NCBI GenBank assembly: GCA_963729625.1
Contig: CAVSOU010000010.1
Span: 448,001 to 512,000 of the forward strand
DNA: 64,000 nt
Direction of reading: 5' to 3'
From: an uncultured bacterium
GTDB taxonomy: Bacteria; Chloroflexota; UBA5177; JANWHV01
This document shows positions 50,927-60,279 of this stretch, in pieces (the stretch's first letter is position 1; each line of letters starts with the position of its first letter). The position numbers and the translations under genes are program-made. The notes under the pieces were generated by a model. It had not been told where the DNA came from, made no database searches, and saw only the letters and a list, made by a program, of their open reading frames with translations.

Positions 50927-51372
50927 GCGTTGTCTCCGGTCGGCTCAATGTACATCAGTACCTGTCCCTTTTCTACGACGGCGCTCGGCTGGACTTCGAT
51001 CGCCCGTACGATACCCGCGAAATCTGTCTCCACTGGGTTATACATCTTCATACTCTCGATGAGCCCGACGACCTGCCTCTCCGACACAAACGAGCCGATC
51101 GTCACGAATGGCGGACTCTGCGGAGACTCGGTAACGTAGAAGATTCCCGTGAGCGGCGAGATCACTGGTCGCCAGCTGTCGGGATTGAGGTCAGCTTGCG
51201 CCGGGACAGCCTCCATCATAGCGGTCGCTGTGGCGAGCGAACGTTTGAGATACACGCGGTACACCCCAGCACGAAACTCGCATTCCGTAACGGCGGTGCC
51301 GTCCAGTTCGTCCAACAGCGCCGCGACCAGTCCGATCAGGCCCGGCTGGGGTTCAACGGTACGTCGGCCCAT
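50923..51372 (-). CDS. accB: Acetyl-CoA carboxylase biotin carboxyl carrier protein
   Basis: SPLTGIFY..P..PPFV, IESMKM. Confidence 0.9.
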   Translation of the reverse strand: MGRRTVEPQPGLIGLVAALLDELDGTAVTECEFRAGVYRVYLKRSLATATAMMEAVPAQADLNPDSWRPVISPLTGIFYVTESPQSPPFVTIGSFVSERQVVGLIESMKMYNPVETDFAGIVRAIEVQPSAVVEKGQVLMYIEPTGDNA

Positions 51373-52619
51373 CAGCGTGGTCGGTAACGCCGCAGCACCA
51401 TGCTCACATTGTGCCCGCCAAAGCCAAACGAGTTGTTGATCGTCGTGTCGAGTGGGCCCGTCGCTCTTGCCTCATTCGGCACGTAGTCAAGGTCGCACTC
51501 AGGATCAGGGAACTCGTAGTTGATGGTTGGCGGCACAACGCCATCGAGCATAGACTTGATGCAGAAAGCGGCTTCGGCCGTGCCGCCGGCGCCCAACATG
51601 TGGCCGGTGGCGCTCTTGGTCGAGCTGATCGGGATGTGGTACGCGCGCTCCCCGAATACTGACTTGATCGCGGCCGACTCTGCCCGGTCACCGGCAAGCG
51701 TCGACGTTCCGTGGGCGTTGATGTACTGCACCTGGTCCGGATGCACGCCTGCCTTTTCCATTGCCCGCCACATCGCACGCGCGGCACCCTCCCCGCCTAC
51801 GGCAGGCTCGGTCACATGATGCGCATCGGCCGTGGCAGCGTACCCGGCAACCTCAGCGAGAATAGTCGCGCCGCGGTGGAGGGCGAACTCTTCAGCTTCA
51901 AGCAGCAACACCGCAGCGCCCTCCGACAACACGAAGCCGTCTCGCTCCCGGTCGAACGGCCGCGAAGCGCGCTCAGGCTCGTCGTTTCTCGACGAGAGGG
52001 CTCGCATATTGGCGAACGCCGCCATTGAAATGAGCGTAATGGGCGCCTCCGATCCGCCTGCGAGCATCACATCCGCGTCTCCTCGACGGATAATCTCGCT
52101 GGCCTCACCAACAGCATGAGCGCCGGTGGAACAGGCAGAACTGATAGCGAAGTTGGGGCCTTTCATTCCATATTTGATCGATATCTGGCCAGCGGCCAAA
52201 TCCGTGATCATCATGGTGACGAAGAACGGGCTGATGCGCTCCGGACCTCGCTCGAACAGCACCGCGAACTGGTCCATCAAGGTGTTCAGCCCGCCGATGC
52301 CCGACCCGATGATCACGCCGGTCCGATCCGCCATTGACGGTTCGATCGTCAGGCGCCCCTGTGTCAGGGCCTCGTGGACAGTGGCCATGGCCAACAGCGT
52401 AAAACGGTCGCACCGCTTCGCAAGCTTGAAGTCGATGTCAAAGTCACCCGGATCGAATCCGTGTACCTCGCCCGCGATTCGGCACCGGAGCGGCGTGGCG
52501 TCGAAGTATGTCACCGGCCCTATCCCGCTGCGTCCCGCGATCAGCCCACTCCAAGTGGCATCGAGACCGATACCCAGCGGGCTAATAACTCCCATACCAG
52601 TTACGACAACTCGCCGCAC
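51372..52619 (-). CDS. fabF: 3-oxoacyl-ACP synthase II
   Basis: RRVVVTGMG, SACSTG, NAHGTST, GHMLGA, NSFGFGGHN; GTG start after GAGGAG. Confidence 0.96.
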   Translation of the reverse strand: MRRVVVTGMGVISPLGIGLDATWSGLIAGRSGIGPVTYFDATPLRCRIAGEVHGFDPGDFDIDFKLAKRCDRFTLLAMATVHEALTQGRLTIEPSMADRTGVIIGSGIGGLNTLMDQFAVLFERGPERISPFFVTMMITDLAAGQISIKYGMKGPNFAISSACSTGAHAVGEASEIIRRGDADVMLAGGSEAPITLISMAAFANMRALSSRNDEPERASRPFDRERDGFVLSEGAAVLLLEAEEFALHRGATILAEVAGYAATADAHHVTEPAVGGEGAARAMWRAMEKAGVHPDQVQYINAHGTSTLAGDRAESAAIKSVFGERAYHIPISSTKSATGHMLGAGGTAEAAFCIKSMLDGVVPPTINYEFPDPECDLDYVPNEARATGPLDTTINNSFGFGGHNVSMVLRRYRPR

Positions 52620-52668
52620 GTCTCCTCCTCGCACGCCGGGCGCCCCTGGCCCCGGCCGGTCGCAGGGA

Positions 52669-52677
52669 AGTATAGCA
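52669..52677 (-). promoter_or_regulatory. Extended -10 promoter of the fab operon (TGCTATACT)
   Basis: TGn+TATACT on the minus strand, 50 nt upstream of fabF. Confidence 0.55.
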
Positions 52678-52814
52678 TAGCTGCGCCTCCCCGCCCGAGA
52701 GATCACTGCCCGGGCCCGGCGCCGGGCCAGCAACCAGTCCTGCCCCGCGATCGGTCAGAATGCTGTACGTTGTACGCGTGCAGGTCCCTAATATAGGAGG
52801 TTAGTTCGATCGAC

Positions 52815-53774
52815 GTGCAGCCATCCACGTTGGTCCGTGGCGGGGCACTATGCGGGTTTCTGTATACTGCCGTGACCATTGCGACCACACTCTACGTAGA
52901 GTCCCAGCCTGTTCCGCCTACCAAGAGCACGCTAACCAGCCAGCAGAATGACAGGATTCTGCTCAGCTGGGTCCACCAGAACGCCTCTTTGATGGACGTG
53001 TATGTACTTTCCGCGCTCGCGGGCTTCGTGTTGCTTGGCGGAGTTGCGTTCGCTCTGTACGTTATGCTGCGACGGCCGGGATCACGGATGCCCTTGATAA
53101 GCCTGCTCATGGGTGTTGTCGGCTTGTCGCTGAGCGTCGTCGCGGCTGCGTTCGAGCGGCTTGACTATGTGCAGAAGGCCCAACAGTTCGCCAACGCGCA
53201 CGGCTCTGCCGCGGCCAACGCCGTCGTTTCTCCCGCGGTGAAAGCCATTGTGAAGTCCTTTGAGAGCAGCGCCGGCCGAGACTATGCAATTGATACGTCC
53301 GGCCGATTTGCCGTTGTGTTCTGGATCGGCATGATCGGCATTTCATTGATGGCGTTGTACGGCTGGAAGAGTACGCCCGCCCTCGGCTCGTTTGCCACCT
53401 TCTGTGTCGGCGTGCTAGGGTTTACGCCTGTGTTCGCTCTGTGGTCGGCAGGTGCTGGTTTTGGCCTTTGGAGGATCGCGATGCACGGCATGCCGGAGCC
53501 TCCGGTTCGTCGCGACGAGCCGGCTCGCGCCACTCCTCCGGTGCATGCGAGGAGCACTTGGCTATCTCGGGTGCGGCCGCAGCCGCCTGGACCGATCGAC
53601 GTGGAAGCCGTAGATCTTGACGAGGCGCCGCCAAGCAGGATTGTCGTTGCGAGCGAGCCCGAACCTGCACCAGCTGCAATGGCCTCTCGCCCGCCGCGCG
53701 GCACGTCGATTCCCAGGAGCGCTCCCGCACAAGCAAAGGGCAGTAAATCGTCGCGGCCGCGAAAGCGCCGCTGA
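52815..53774 (+). CDS. Multi-pass membrane protein (DUF4386-like) with Pro/Arg-rich tail
   Basis: About 6 TM segments, AGGAGG SD. Confidence 0.6.
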   Translation: MQPSTLVRGGALCGFLYTAVTIATTLYVESQPVPPTKSTLTSQQNDRILLSWVHQNASLMDVYVLSALAGFVLLGGVAFALYVMLRRPGSRMPLISLLMGVVGLSLSVVAAAFERLDYVQKAQQFANAHGSAAANAVVSPAVKAIVKSFESSAGRDYAIDTSGRFAVVFWIGMIGISLMALYGWKSTPALGSFATFCVGVLGFTPVFALWSAGAGFGLWRIAMHGMPEPPVRRDEPARATPPVHARSTWLSRVRPQPPGPIDVEAVDLDEAPPSRIVVASEPEPAPAAMASRPPRGTSIPRSAPAQAKGSKSSRPRKRR

Positions 53775-53874
53775 CGGACAGTCTGCCCGTCATTGCCAGG
53801 GCGTGACGGCACCGCTGTCCGCTTGGGCCAGACCTTTCGAAACGCGCGCTGTGCCGCGGTAGAGGACGCTATCA

Positions 53875-54243
53875 ATGGCAGACGAGCCAGTTCGCAAGAA
53901 GATCGTACTCGACCTGGACTTCTTTGGCCCTCCCGAGCAGCCAAAACCGGGACGGGTGCGTATCTCGCCGGGTGGAATGACGATCGACCTCGAACCAGGG
54001 GAAAGCATCTTCGACGGGGCAACGCGGAACGGAATCGCCATACCAACCGTGTGCGGAGGAAAAGGCACGTGCGGCACGTGTCGCGTCCTCTTTACCACGC
54101 CGCCTCGCGAGCCGACGATACTGGAGCGACAGTTCATCGATCGCGCTGACCTCGGTCGCGGTGTGCGGCTCGCGTGTCGCTCCCGGCCGAATGCAGATGT
54201 CGCCGTGACCATCTTGCCCGAACGGCGCCATTCCAGGCGCTGA
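53875..54243 (+). CDS. 2Fe-2S ferredoxin-like protein
   Basis: IPTVCGGKGTCGTCRV...RLAC. Confidence 0.88.
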   Translation: MADEPVRKKIVLDLDFFGPPEQPKPGRVRISPGGMTIDLEPGESIFDGATRNGIAIPTVCGGKGTCGTCRVLFTTPPREPTILERQFIDRADLGRGVRLACRSRPNADVAVTILPERRHSRR

Positions 54244-54406
54244 AGAGCCAACCACAAGCTGGCGACCGCCGCCCTGCGCCACTCAGCGCTCGCCAATGCG
54301 CACTGTGCTCGCCCGTACACGATTGGGCGCAACTGTGCCACCTAACCGCAGCTTTGTCCGGCAGGAATCATGCTGCGTACAAGTATGCTCAGCATGCTCG
54401 TGCCAC

Positions 54407-54435
54407 TTGACGCGCGTCCCTACATCGGCGATAAT
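54407..54435 (+). promoter_or_regulatory. sigma70 promoter (TTGACG-17-GATAAT)
   Basis: Near-consensus elements with canonical spacing upstream of the ORF at 54474. Confidence 0.7.
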
Positions 54436-54436
54436 T

Positions 54437-54450
54437 AGTACATAAGTTCT
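54437..54450. promoter_or_regulatory. Putative LexA (SOS) operator AGTAC-ATAA-GTTCT
   Basis: One mismatch from AGAAC-N4-GTTCT; overlaps the predicted TSS. Confidence 0.65.
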
Positions 54451-54473
54451 AGTAATTCGAAGGGTGAGCGTGG

Positions 54474-55127
54474 GTGAAGAGAGAGTTTATCGTCAACCGG
54501 CAGGGCAGAGACTTCGTGTTATATGCAGGCCTGCTCGATCAGGCCCATCGCGAAGGGCTGAAGCGTATCACTACCGCACTTGTACAGGCACCTTCCGGCG
54601 AGAATGGCCAAATGGCGATATGCAGGGCTGAGGTGGAAACGGAGCGAGGTGTCTTCTCTGGAATAGGCGACGCGTGCCCCGACAACGTCGGACGCATGAT
54701 CGCAATGCATACAATCAGGATGGCCGAGACCCGGGCGAAAGCGCGAGCGCTGCGCGATGCCATCAATGTGGGCGTGGCCTCGTTCGAAGAGCTGGGCGAT
54801 ATAGATGAGGATCCTGGTGAGACGGGCGGTGGCGCTTCGCAGGCGCATTCGACACGCCCGATGAACGCAGGCCGTCCGGCACCGCAAGCGGTCCCGGACG
54901 TTACTGCCACGCGAAGCGTGATCGCGTCGTCAGACGCTGAAAACGGTGCCGAGTCACGTGCAACACAGCAGCAGATTGATAGGCTGCATAAGCTGCAAGC
55001 TGCCGTCGGTCGCCCCTCCATCGTCAGCAACGACCTCAGTGCCGAAGCTGCTGCTCGCCAGATCACAGAATTGGTGCGAGTGTTTAACGCTCAATCGAGA
55101 GGGCCCGCAAAGTTCGGAAGCCGCTAG
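54474..55127 (+). CDS. Putative single-strand annealing protein (RecT/Rad52 superfamily-like)
   Basis: FVLYAGLL..AH, CRAEV, GIGDA, RMAETRAKARALR, linker, ATQQQ helical C-terminus. Confidence 0.6.
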   Translation: MKREFIVNRQGRDFVLYAGLLDQAHREGLKRITTALVQAPSGENGQMAICRAEVETERGVFSGIGDACPDNVGRMIAMHTIRMAETRAKARALRDAINVGVASFEELGDIDEDPGETGGGASQAHSTRPMNAGRPAPQAVPDVTATRSVIASSDAENGAESRATQQQIDRLHKLQAAVGRPSIVSNDLSAEAAARQITELVRVFNAQSRGPAKFGSR

Positions 55128-55538
55128 GATCTGCAGAGCCGTCCGATGCTCAGGCGGTTCAACGACCTGGCGCCGCGTCTACCTTCCCCCCACTGGACAT
55201 GCAGAGTAATGCTGCTTGAGGAGATCCGATCCCGTGTATCGAAAGCCTGTGCCACCGCTCGGTCATGTTCCGGCCGCCAAATTCTCGCCAACACCGATGA
55301 GCTTGCAGCGCTCCGCTGCCGGGCAGCGAGGCCCCCCCTGGAGCCCTGCCTGCGACCGGCCATGCGGGCGCTGAGATTCTTCGCAGAATGAGAACCAGAA
55401 AGGCGTTCAGCGAGAATCGCGCGCGACACGGATGGCCGAAAGCGACAGGCCTGGTATGCTGTGTGCGAGGGGTAACTGCCCAGTGGCGCCCGTCCGTCAG
55501 CTGTCGACGACGCACCAAGATCAGCCAGCAGCAGGAAT

Positions 55539-56015
55539 ATGGCCAGCAAACGACATAAGAACGGGCGATCGCGCGGCGAGGATGTCGTGCGGATCGAACG
55601 ACTGCCCGACCGCGAGCTTCAGAACGAATGGGAAGGCCTCTTCGTTCCCTATATCTACTGCCCAGGGTGTCGGCACACTTACTCCCCTGACGAGCTCAAC
55701 CGCTTCGACCGTGACGACCCACTTCCATTGCCCGCGCTGAATGACGAAGGCAAACCCGAGGGAGCGCAGGACCTCGATATTGGGTGTAGCCGATGCCGCC
55801 GGTCACGCCTCGTTCGTGTGCTCGTGGATTTCGGCGCCGTCGAGCCGTATCGACTCGGCGATCGGCGGGCGGAAGATGACAGTCAGGTCTACTACCTGTG
55901 CACGTGCCCGCTGTGTGGTAGCCTTTGTCAGGTTCGCCGCAGTCGTGGACTGCGCATGGGCGAGGACTGGTATTGCCAGTCCTGCGAGCTGAGCCTTCAG
56001 CGACGCTGGAGCTGA
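55539..56015 (+). CDS. Cys-rich hypothetical protein (double Zn ribbon)
   Basis: CPGC, CSRC, CPLC, CQSC. Confidence 0.6.
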   Translation: MASKRHKNGRSRGEDVVRIERLPDRELQNEWEGLFVPYIYCPGCRHTYSPDELNRFDRDDPLPLPALNDEGKPEGAQDLDIGCSRCRRSRLVRVLVDFGAVEPYRLGDRRAEDDSQVYYLCTCPLCGSLCQVRRSRGLRMGEDWYCQSCELSLQRRWS

Positions 56016-56138
56016 CTTGCGCTTGCGCCGTATGCCCTCCGGCTCATACACTGCCGGATGAGGGGCGGGCGTGGCGGCTCTGCCCCGTTTCGGGCTTTCC
56101 AGCCCAGCAGGTTGCCGCGCACCGAAGGAGCAGCTGAG

Positions 56139-57068
56139 GTGGTTTTCTCTGTCGAGAACTGGCGTCGCACGCTGGAGACCGATCTTGCGGTGGTGCAAAG
56201 CTTTGGCGCGTTTTCACCCGGCGGACGATACCTTGCCGCCGCGGATGCCAATACCATCGAGGTGCGCGACGCGCTCGCAGGTTCCATCGTGGCAACGGTC
56301 GAGATGCTCGGCGTTACGTCACTCGCTGTGAGCCCTGACGGCAGCCTTTTTGTGGCCGCCGACGACGACGGTCTCGTGGGTGTCTGGGCGTTGTCGCCAC
56401 TGCATTCTCTCTGGAGCGCGCGGCTCGAGCTGCCGTCACCAGCGTACGCTCAGGTCGTCTACGATGTTCAGTTCGCATCGAACAACTTGCTTGCCGTAGC
56501 AAGCAAGCCCGCCGGCGTGAACAATACGCTCGTTGAGATGTGGCCGATGTCTACTGGCGGCATAGAGCGCCCGCGACCAACTTGGCAGAGCGTCATGCTG
56601 AACAGCGATTACGCTGCTTTTAGCCCGAGTCCCGATGGCTCACGTGTCATTCTGGTCACTGAAGATGGCTACTGGGTGATGCTGCCAAATCATGAACGGC
56701 TCTACATTGACGGCTTCTTCGACTCCGGCGAGAATGCCGTCATTGGATTCTCGCCAGACGGCGCGCACGCGGCCGGCATCGAACCTGAAGGCGGCTGGAT
56801 ATACGATGTTTCCACACACGCGATGCGAGAGATAGACGATCTCGGCATGCTCGAAGAGACGTCGGATGTCTGCTGGTCGCCTGACGGAAATATGGTGCTG
56901 ATCACGAGTGAGGATGGCCTGTCGATCTGTACCAAGCAGGCTGAAGGTTTCGCCTACCAGGGCGTCATCGACGGCAGTGCTGGGTTCGAGGCAGCAGCGT
57001 TCGTCGATTCGTCTACTGTGGTGGCTAAGCGCGGCGACTCTTTGATTTTGCTTCAGGCGGCAAACTAG
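56139..57068 (+). CDS. WD40/beta-propeller repeat protein
   Basis: Repeated FSPGG/VSPDG/PSPDG/FSPDG/WSPDG motifs; AAGGAG SD before the GTG. Confidence 0.75.
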   Translation: MVFSVENWRRTLETDLAVVQSFGAFSPGGRYLAAADANTIEVRDALAGSIVATVEMLGVTSLAVSPDGSLFVAADDDGLVGVWALSPLHSLWSARLELPSPAYAQVVYDVQFASNNLLAVASKPAGVNNTLVEMWPMSTGGIERPRPTWQSVMLNSDYAAFSPSPDGSRVILVTEDGYWVMLPNHERLYIDGFFDSGENAVIGFSPDGAHAAGIEPEGGWIYDVSTHAMREIDDLGMLEETSDVCWSPDGNMVLITSEDGLSICTKQAEGFAYQGVIDGSAGFEAAAFVDSSTVVAKRGDSLILLQAAN

Positions 57069-57084
57069 GTGGAGGATCAGCATA

Positions 57085-58509
57085 GTGATCTCTGATACTG
57101 CGTATGACGTTGTGGTTGTGGGCGGAGGACCTGGCGGCTACGTTGCGGCGATTCGCGCATCACAGCTTGGCCTGCGCACGGCGCTGATCGAACGCGAGTC
57201 CCTGGGCGGTATCTGTCTTAACTGGGGCTGCATTCCCAGTAAAGCCCTGCTTCGCAACGCGGAAGTGCTCTCGCTGATTCATAGCGCCAAGGATTTCGGT
57301 ATCACCGTCGGCAATGTGTCGGCGGATTATGCCGCGGCCATGCGGCGCTGTAAGTCTGTTGTGGACAAGCAAGTCAAGGGCGTCGGGTTCCTCATGCGGA
57401 AGAACAATATCGCAGTGCATACCGGCACTGGAAGGCTACAGGGCGCCGATACCGTGAGCGTCACGGACGCTGGCGGGGTCCAGTCGACCTTGCGGAGCAA
57501 GAGCACGATCCTTGCCACGGGTTCTCGCGTGCGCCTGATCGGCGGCGTGGCGATCGACGGCAAGGTCGTCGCGAGCAGTCGCGAGATCTGGTCGCTGGAC
57601 CGACTTCCCGAACGCGTGATTATCCTTGGGGGCGGAGCCATCGGCGTGGAATTCGCCACCGCGCTTCACGCCTATGGAACCGCGGTGACGATTGTCGAGA
57701 TGCTTCCCCGCTTGATACCGCTCGAGGACAAGGACATGTCCGACGGCCTCGCTCGTTCCTTCACCAAGCGCGGCATCAAGGTGCTGACGGGCATGAAAGT
57801 GGATAGAGTTGAAGTGCAGGGAGATATGGCCCGTGTGTTCGTCGGTCCCACGGCAGGCGGCACCGACGACACCCAGGTGCTCGAGGCGGACCGCGTGCTC
57901 TATGCGGTCGGTTTCCAACCGAACACGGAGGACCTGGGGTTGGAAGCTGCAGGCGTGGCTATGGACCGCGGTTACATCAAGGTGAACGCTCGGATGGAAA
58001 CCAACGTACCGGGCGTGTACGCCATTGGAGATGTCGCGGTGCAGGAGAACAGCCCCAAACTGAGTCTCGCTCATGTTGCTTCGGCCATGGGCGAAGTCGC
58101 CGCGGAAGTCATCGCCGGGCATCCGACCATCAAGCTAGACATGAATTCGATGCCGCGCTGCACCTTCAGCGCTCCGCAGGTGGCCAGCATAGGCTTGACT
58201 GAGGAGCAAGCACGCGCGCTGGGCGACGTCCACGTGGGCTCATTCCCGTTCAGACCCAACGGCAAAGCCTCCGCCATGGGTGAGACCGAAGGGCAGATCA
58301 AGATAATCGGGGACGCCCGGACAGGCGAGATCCTTGGCGCGCACCTGCTGGGGCCGGATGTAACCGAGCTGATCGGCGAGTTCAGTCTTGCGCGCTTCCT
58401 GGAAGCGACGCCCGAAGAGCTCGCGCGCTCGGTCCATCCGCATCCGACGTTATCGGAAGTAATCGCCGAGGCGGCGCTGGCCGTTGACGGAAAGCCAATT
58501 CACATGTGA
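57085..58509 (+). CDS. lpdA: Dihydrolipoyl dehydrogenase
   Basis: GGGPGG, GGICLNWGCIPSK, GGGAIG.E, HPHPTLSE. Confidence 0.96.
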   Translation: MISDTAYDVVVVGGGPGGYVAAIRASQLGLRTALIERESLGGICLNWGCIPSKALLRNAEVLSLIHSAKDFGITVGNVSADYAAAMRRCKSVVDKQVKGVGFLMRKNNIAVHTGTGRLQGADTVSVTDAGGVQSTLRSKSTILATGSRVRLIGGVAIDGKVVASSREIWSLDRLPERVIILGGGAIGVEFATALHAYGTAVTIVEMLPRLIPLEDKDMSDGLARSFTKRGIKVLTGMKVDRVEVQGDMARVFVGPTAGGTDDTQVLEADRVLYAVGFQPNTEDLGLEAAGVAMDRGYIKVNARMETNVPGVYAIGDVAVQENSPKLSLAHVASAMGEVAAEVIAGHPTIKLDMNSMPRCTFSAPQVASIGLTEEQARALGDVHVGSFPFRPNGKASAMGETEGQIKIIGDARTGEILGAHLLGPDVTELIGEFSLARFLEATPEELARSVHPHPTLSEVIAEAALAVDGKPIHM

Positions 58510-58555
58510 GCGCGTCGAGCACGATGTCGCACCGAAGGGAACGGACTGGCGGCAG

Positions 58556-59218
58556 ATGAGCGTGATGGAGGTCGGCGAAGACATCAAACGGCGAGTGCCG
58601 ATCATCTTGCATAAGCTCCGAGAGGCATATCCGGATGCGGAGTGCTCGTTGCACTTCTCGACGCCACTCGAGTTGTTGATCGCGACGATTCTGGCCGCGC
58701 AGTGTACCGATGAGCGCGTGAACGTGGTCACCCCTGCGCTGTTCGAACAGTACCCCACAGCCGCGGACTATGTGGCCGCGCCTATCGAGGATCTCGAGAG
58801 GGCCGTCCGCAGCACAGGGTTTTTCCGCAACAAGGCGAAGAATATACAGGCGGCCTGCCGCATGATCGTACTGGAGTTCGACGGGCGCGTGCCACGTACT
58901 ATGAACGAGCTGCTGCGATTGCCGGGCGTCGCCCGCAAGACCGCCAATGTTGTGCTTGGAAACGCCTTCGGCATCGTGGAAGGCGTGGTCGTGGATACGC
59001 ACGCCGGCCGCATCAGCAGGAGGCTTGGATTCACCAAGCACGAAGACCCGGTCAAGGTCGAGTCCGACCTAATGGCAGTCCTGCCGAGGACATCCTGGCT
59101 CGACTACAATCACGAGGCAGTTTTCCACGGCCGCGCCGTGTGCACGTCCCAACGACCGAAGTGCGGCCGCTGCACGATCTCGCCGGAGTGCCCCAGCGCC
59201 GAGTTCCCCCCGGGATGA
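58556..59218 (+). CDS. nth: Endonuclease III
   Basis: ILAAQCTD, LPGVARKTANV, VDTH, C-x6-C-x2-C-x5-C. Confidence 0.96.
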   Translation: MSVMEVGEDIKRRVPIILHKLREAYPDAECSLHFSTPLELLIATILAAQCTDERVNVVTPALFEQYPTAADYVAAPIEDLERAVRSTGFFRNKAKNIQAACRMIVLEFDGRVPRTMNELLRLPGVARKTANVVLGNAFGIVEGVVVDTHAGRISRRLGFTKHEDPVKVESDLMAVLPRTSWLDYNHEAVFHGRAVCTSQRPKCGRCTISPECPSAEFPPG

Positions 59219-60140
59219 GGCCCGCCGAAAGAGGCGATCCGCCCGCCGGGTTGCCGGAAGACCTGGACCCACCGGCGTCGATGCCGGCGGGTGTCTCCGG
59301 CGGATTAGATGCAAGGAAAGCGGCTGGCGCCTCGCCCGTACCTTCGCCACGGACCGAGACTGCGGACGATGCATCGGCGCCGCCGGCATCCAGCAACGAA
59401 CGCATCCTGGTATCCGCTATGGTTAGCGTCGTAGCACTCTTCTTCTCGCTCACGCCATGGCCGTTCATGGAGAAGCTGCGGTCAATCGGCCACGCCTGCT
59501 GCGCCCAGATCCCGAGCCATACTGTTCGATTCGCGGGTCAGCCATGCCTATCGATGCGCGCAACACCGGAATCTACACGGCAGTATTCGTGACGATCGCG
59601 ATGTTGTGGCTGACCGGCAGGCGTAAGGCAGCGCTTTTCGTGAGTCCGCCTATCGGCGTGGTGCTGATGGCCTGTGTCCTGGCTATGATCTTCGACGGCT
59701 TTAACTCGGTCGCGGAGACGCACCACTTTCATACGTTCTATGCGGATAGCAACAACTTGCGCGTCGTTACCGGTACTTTGGCCGGAACAGCCCTGACAAT
59801 ACTCACACTCCCTTTGTTCAACCTTCTCGTCTGGCGGGACCCCGAACCCATCGCAATAGCTGAGGACTTCGGCGAGCTGGCTGGATACATTGTCGCGGCG
59901 TGCGTGATCATCATGACGCTCACCCGAGCCCCTGCATCTCTGTACTACCCCATGTCGATCCTGAGTATTGCTGGGCTTCTGATAACCGTCTCCTTTGTCA
60001 ACGCCTGTATTGGGATAGTGGTATTGCGGCGCCGCAACCAGGTCGATACGCTCAAAGAGTTCGTTGTTCCCGCGCTGGCTGGGTTGGTCGTCACCTGCTT
60101 TGAGTGCGTAGCCATCGCATACTGGTTGACGCGGCACTGA
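59215..60140 (+). pseudogene. DUF2085-like membrane protein split by a frameshift near 59543
   Basis: One frame gives CCAQIPSHTVRFAGQP, and the other continues MPIDARNTGIY..DGFN..NNLRVVTG. Confidence 0.7.
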
Positions 60141-60279
60141 GCTCACGACGCGGCGTGCCGTCGAGGACGAAATTCAGGTAGGCACGGCTAGCGAGGAGTG
60201 GGTGCCGACACCGTTCGCGTGGTATCCTGTCAGAGTTGCGCACGCGGCGCCCCCATTTCCGCCTTCCGGAGGATATCGT

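Noticed and set aside
55146-55391. 81-aa ORF between the annealing-protein gene and the Cys-rich gene
   Set aside because: No clear SD, motif or composition support.
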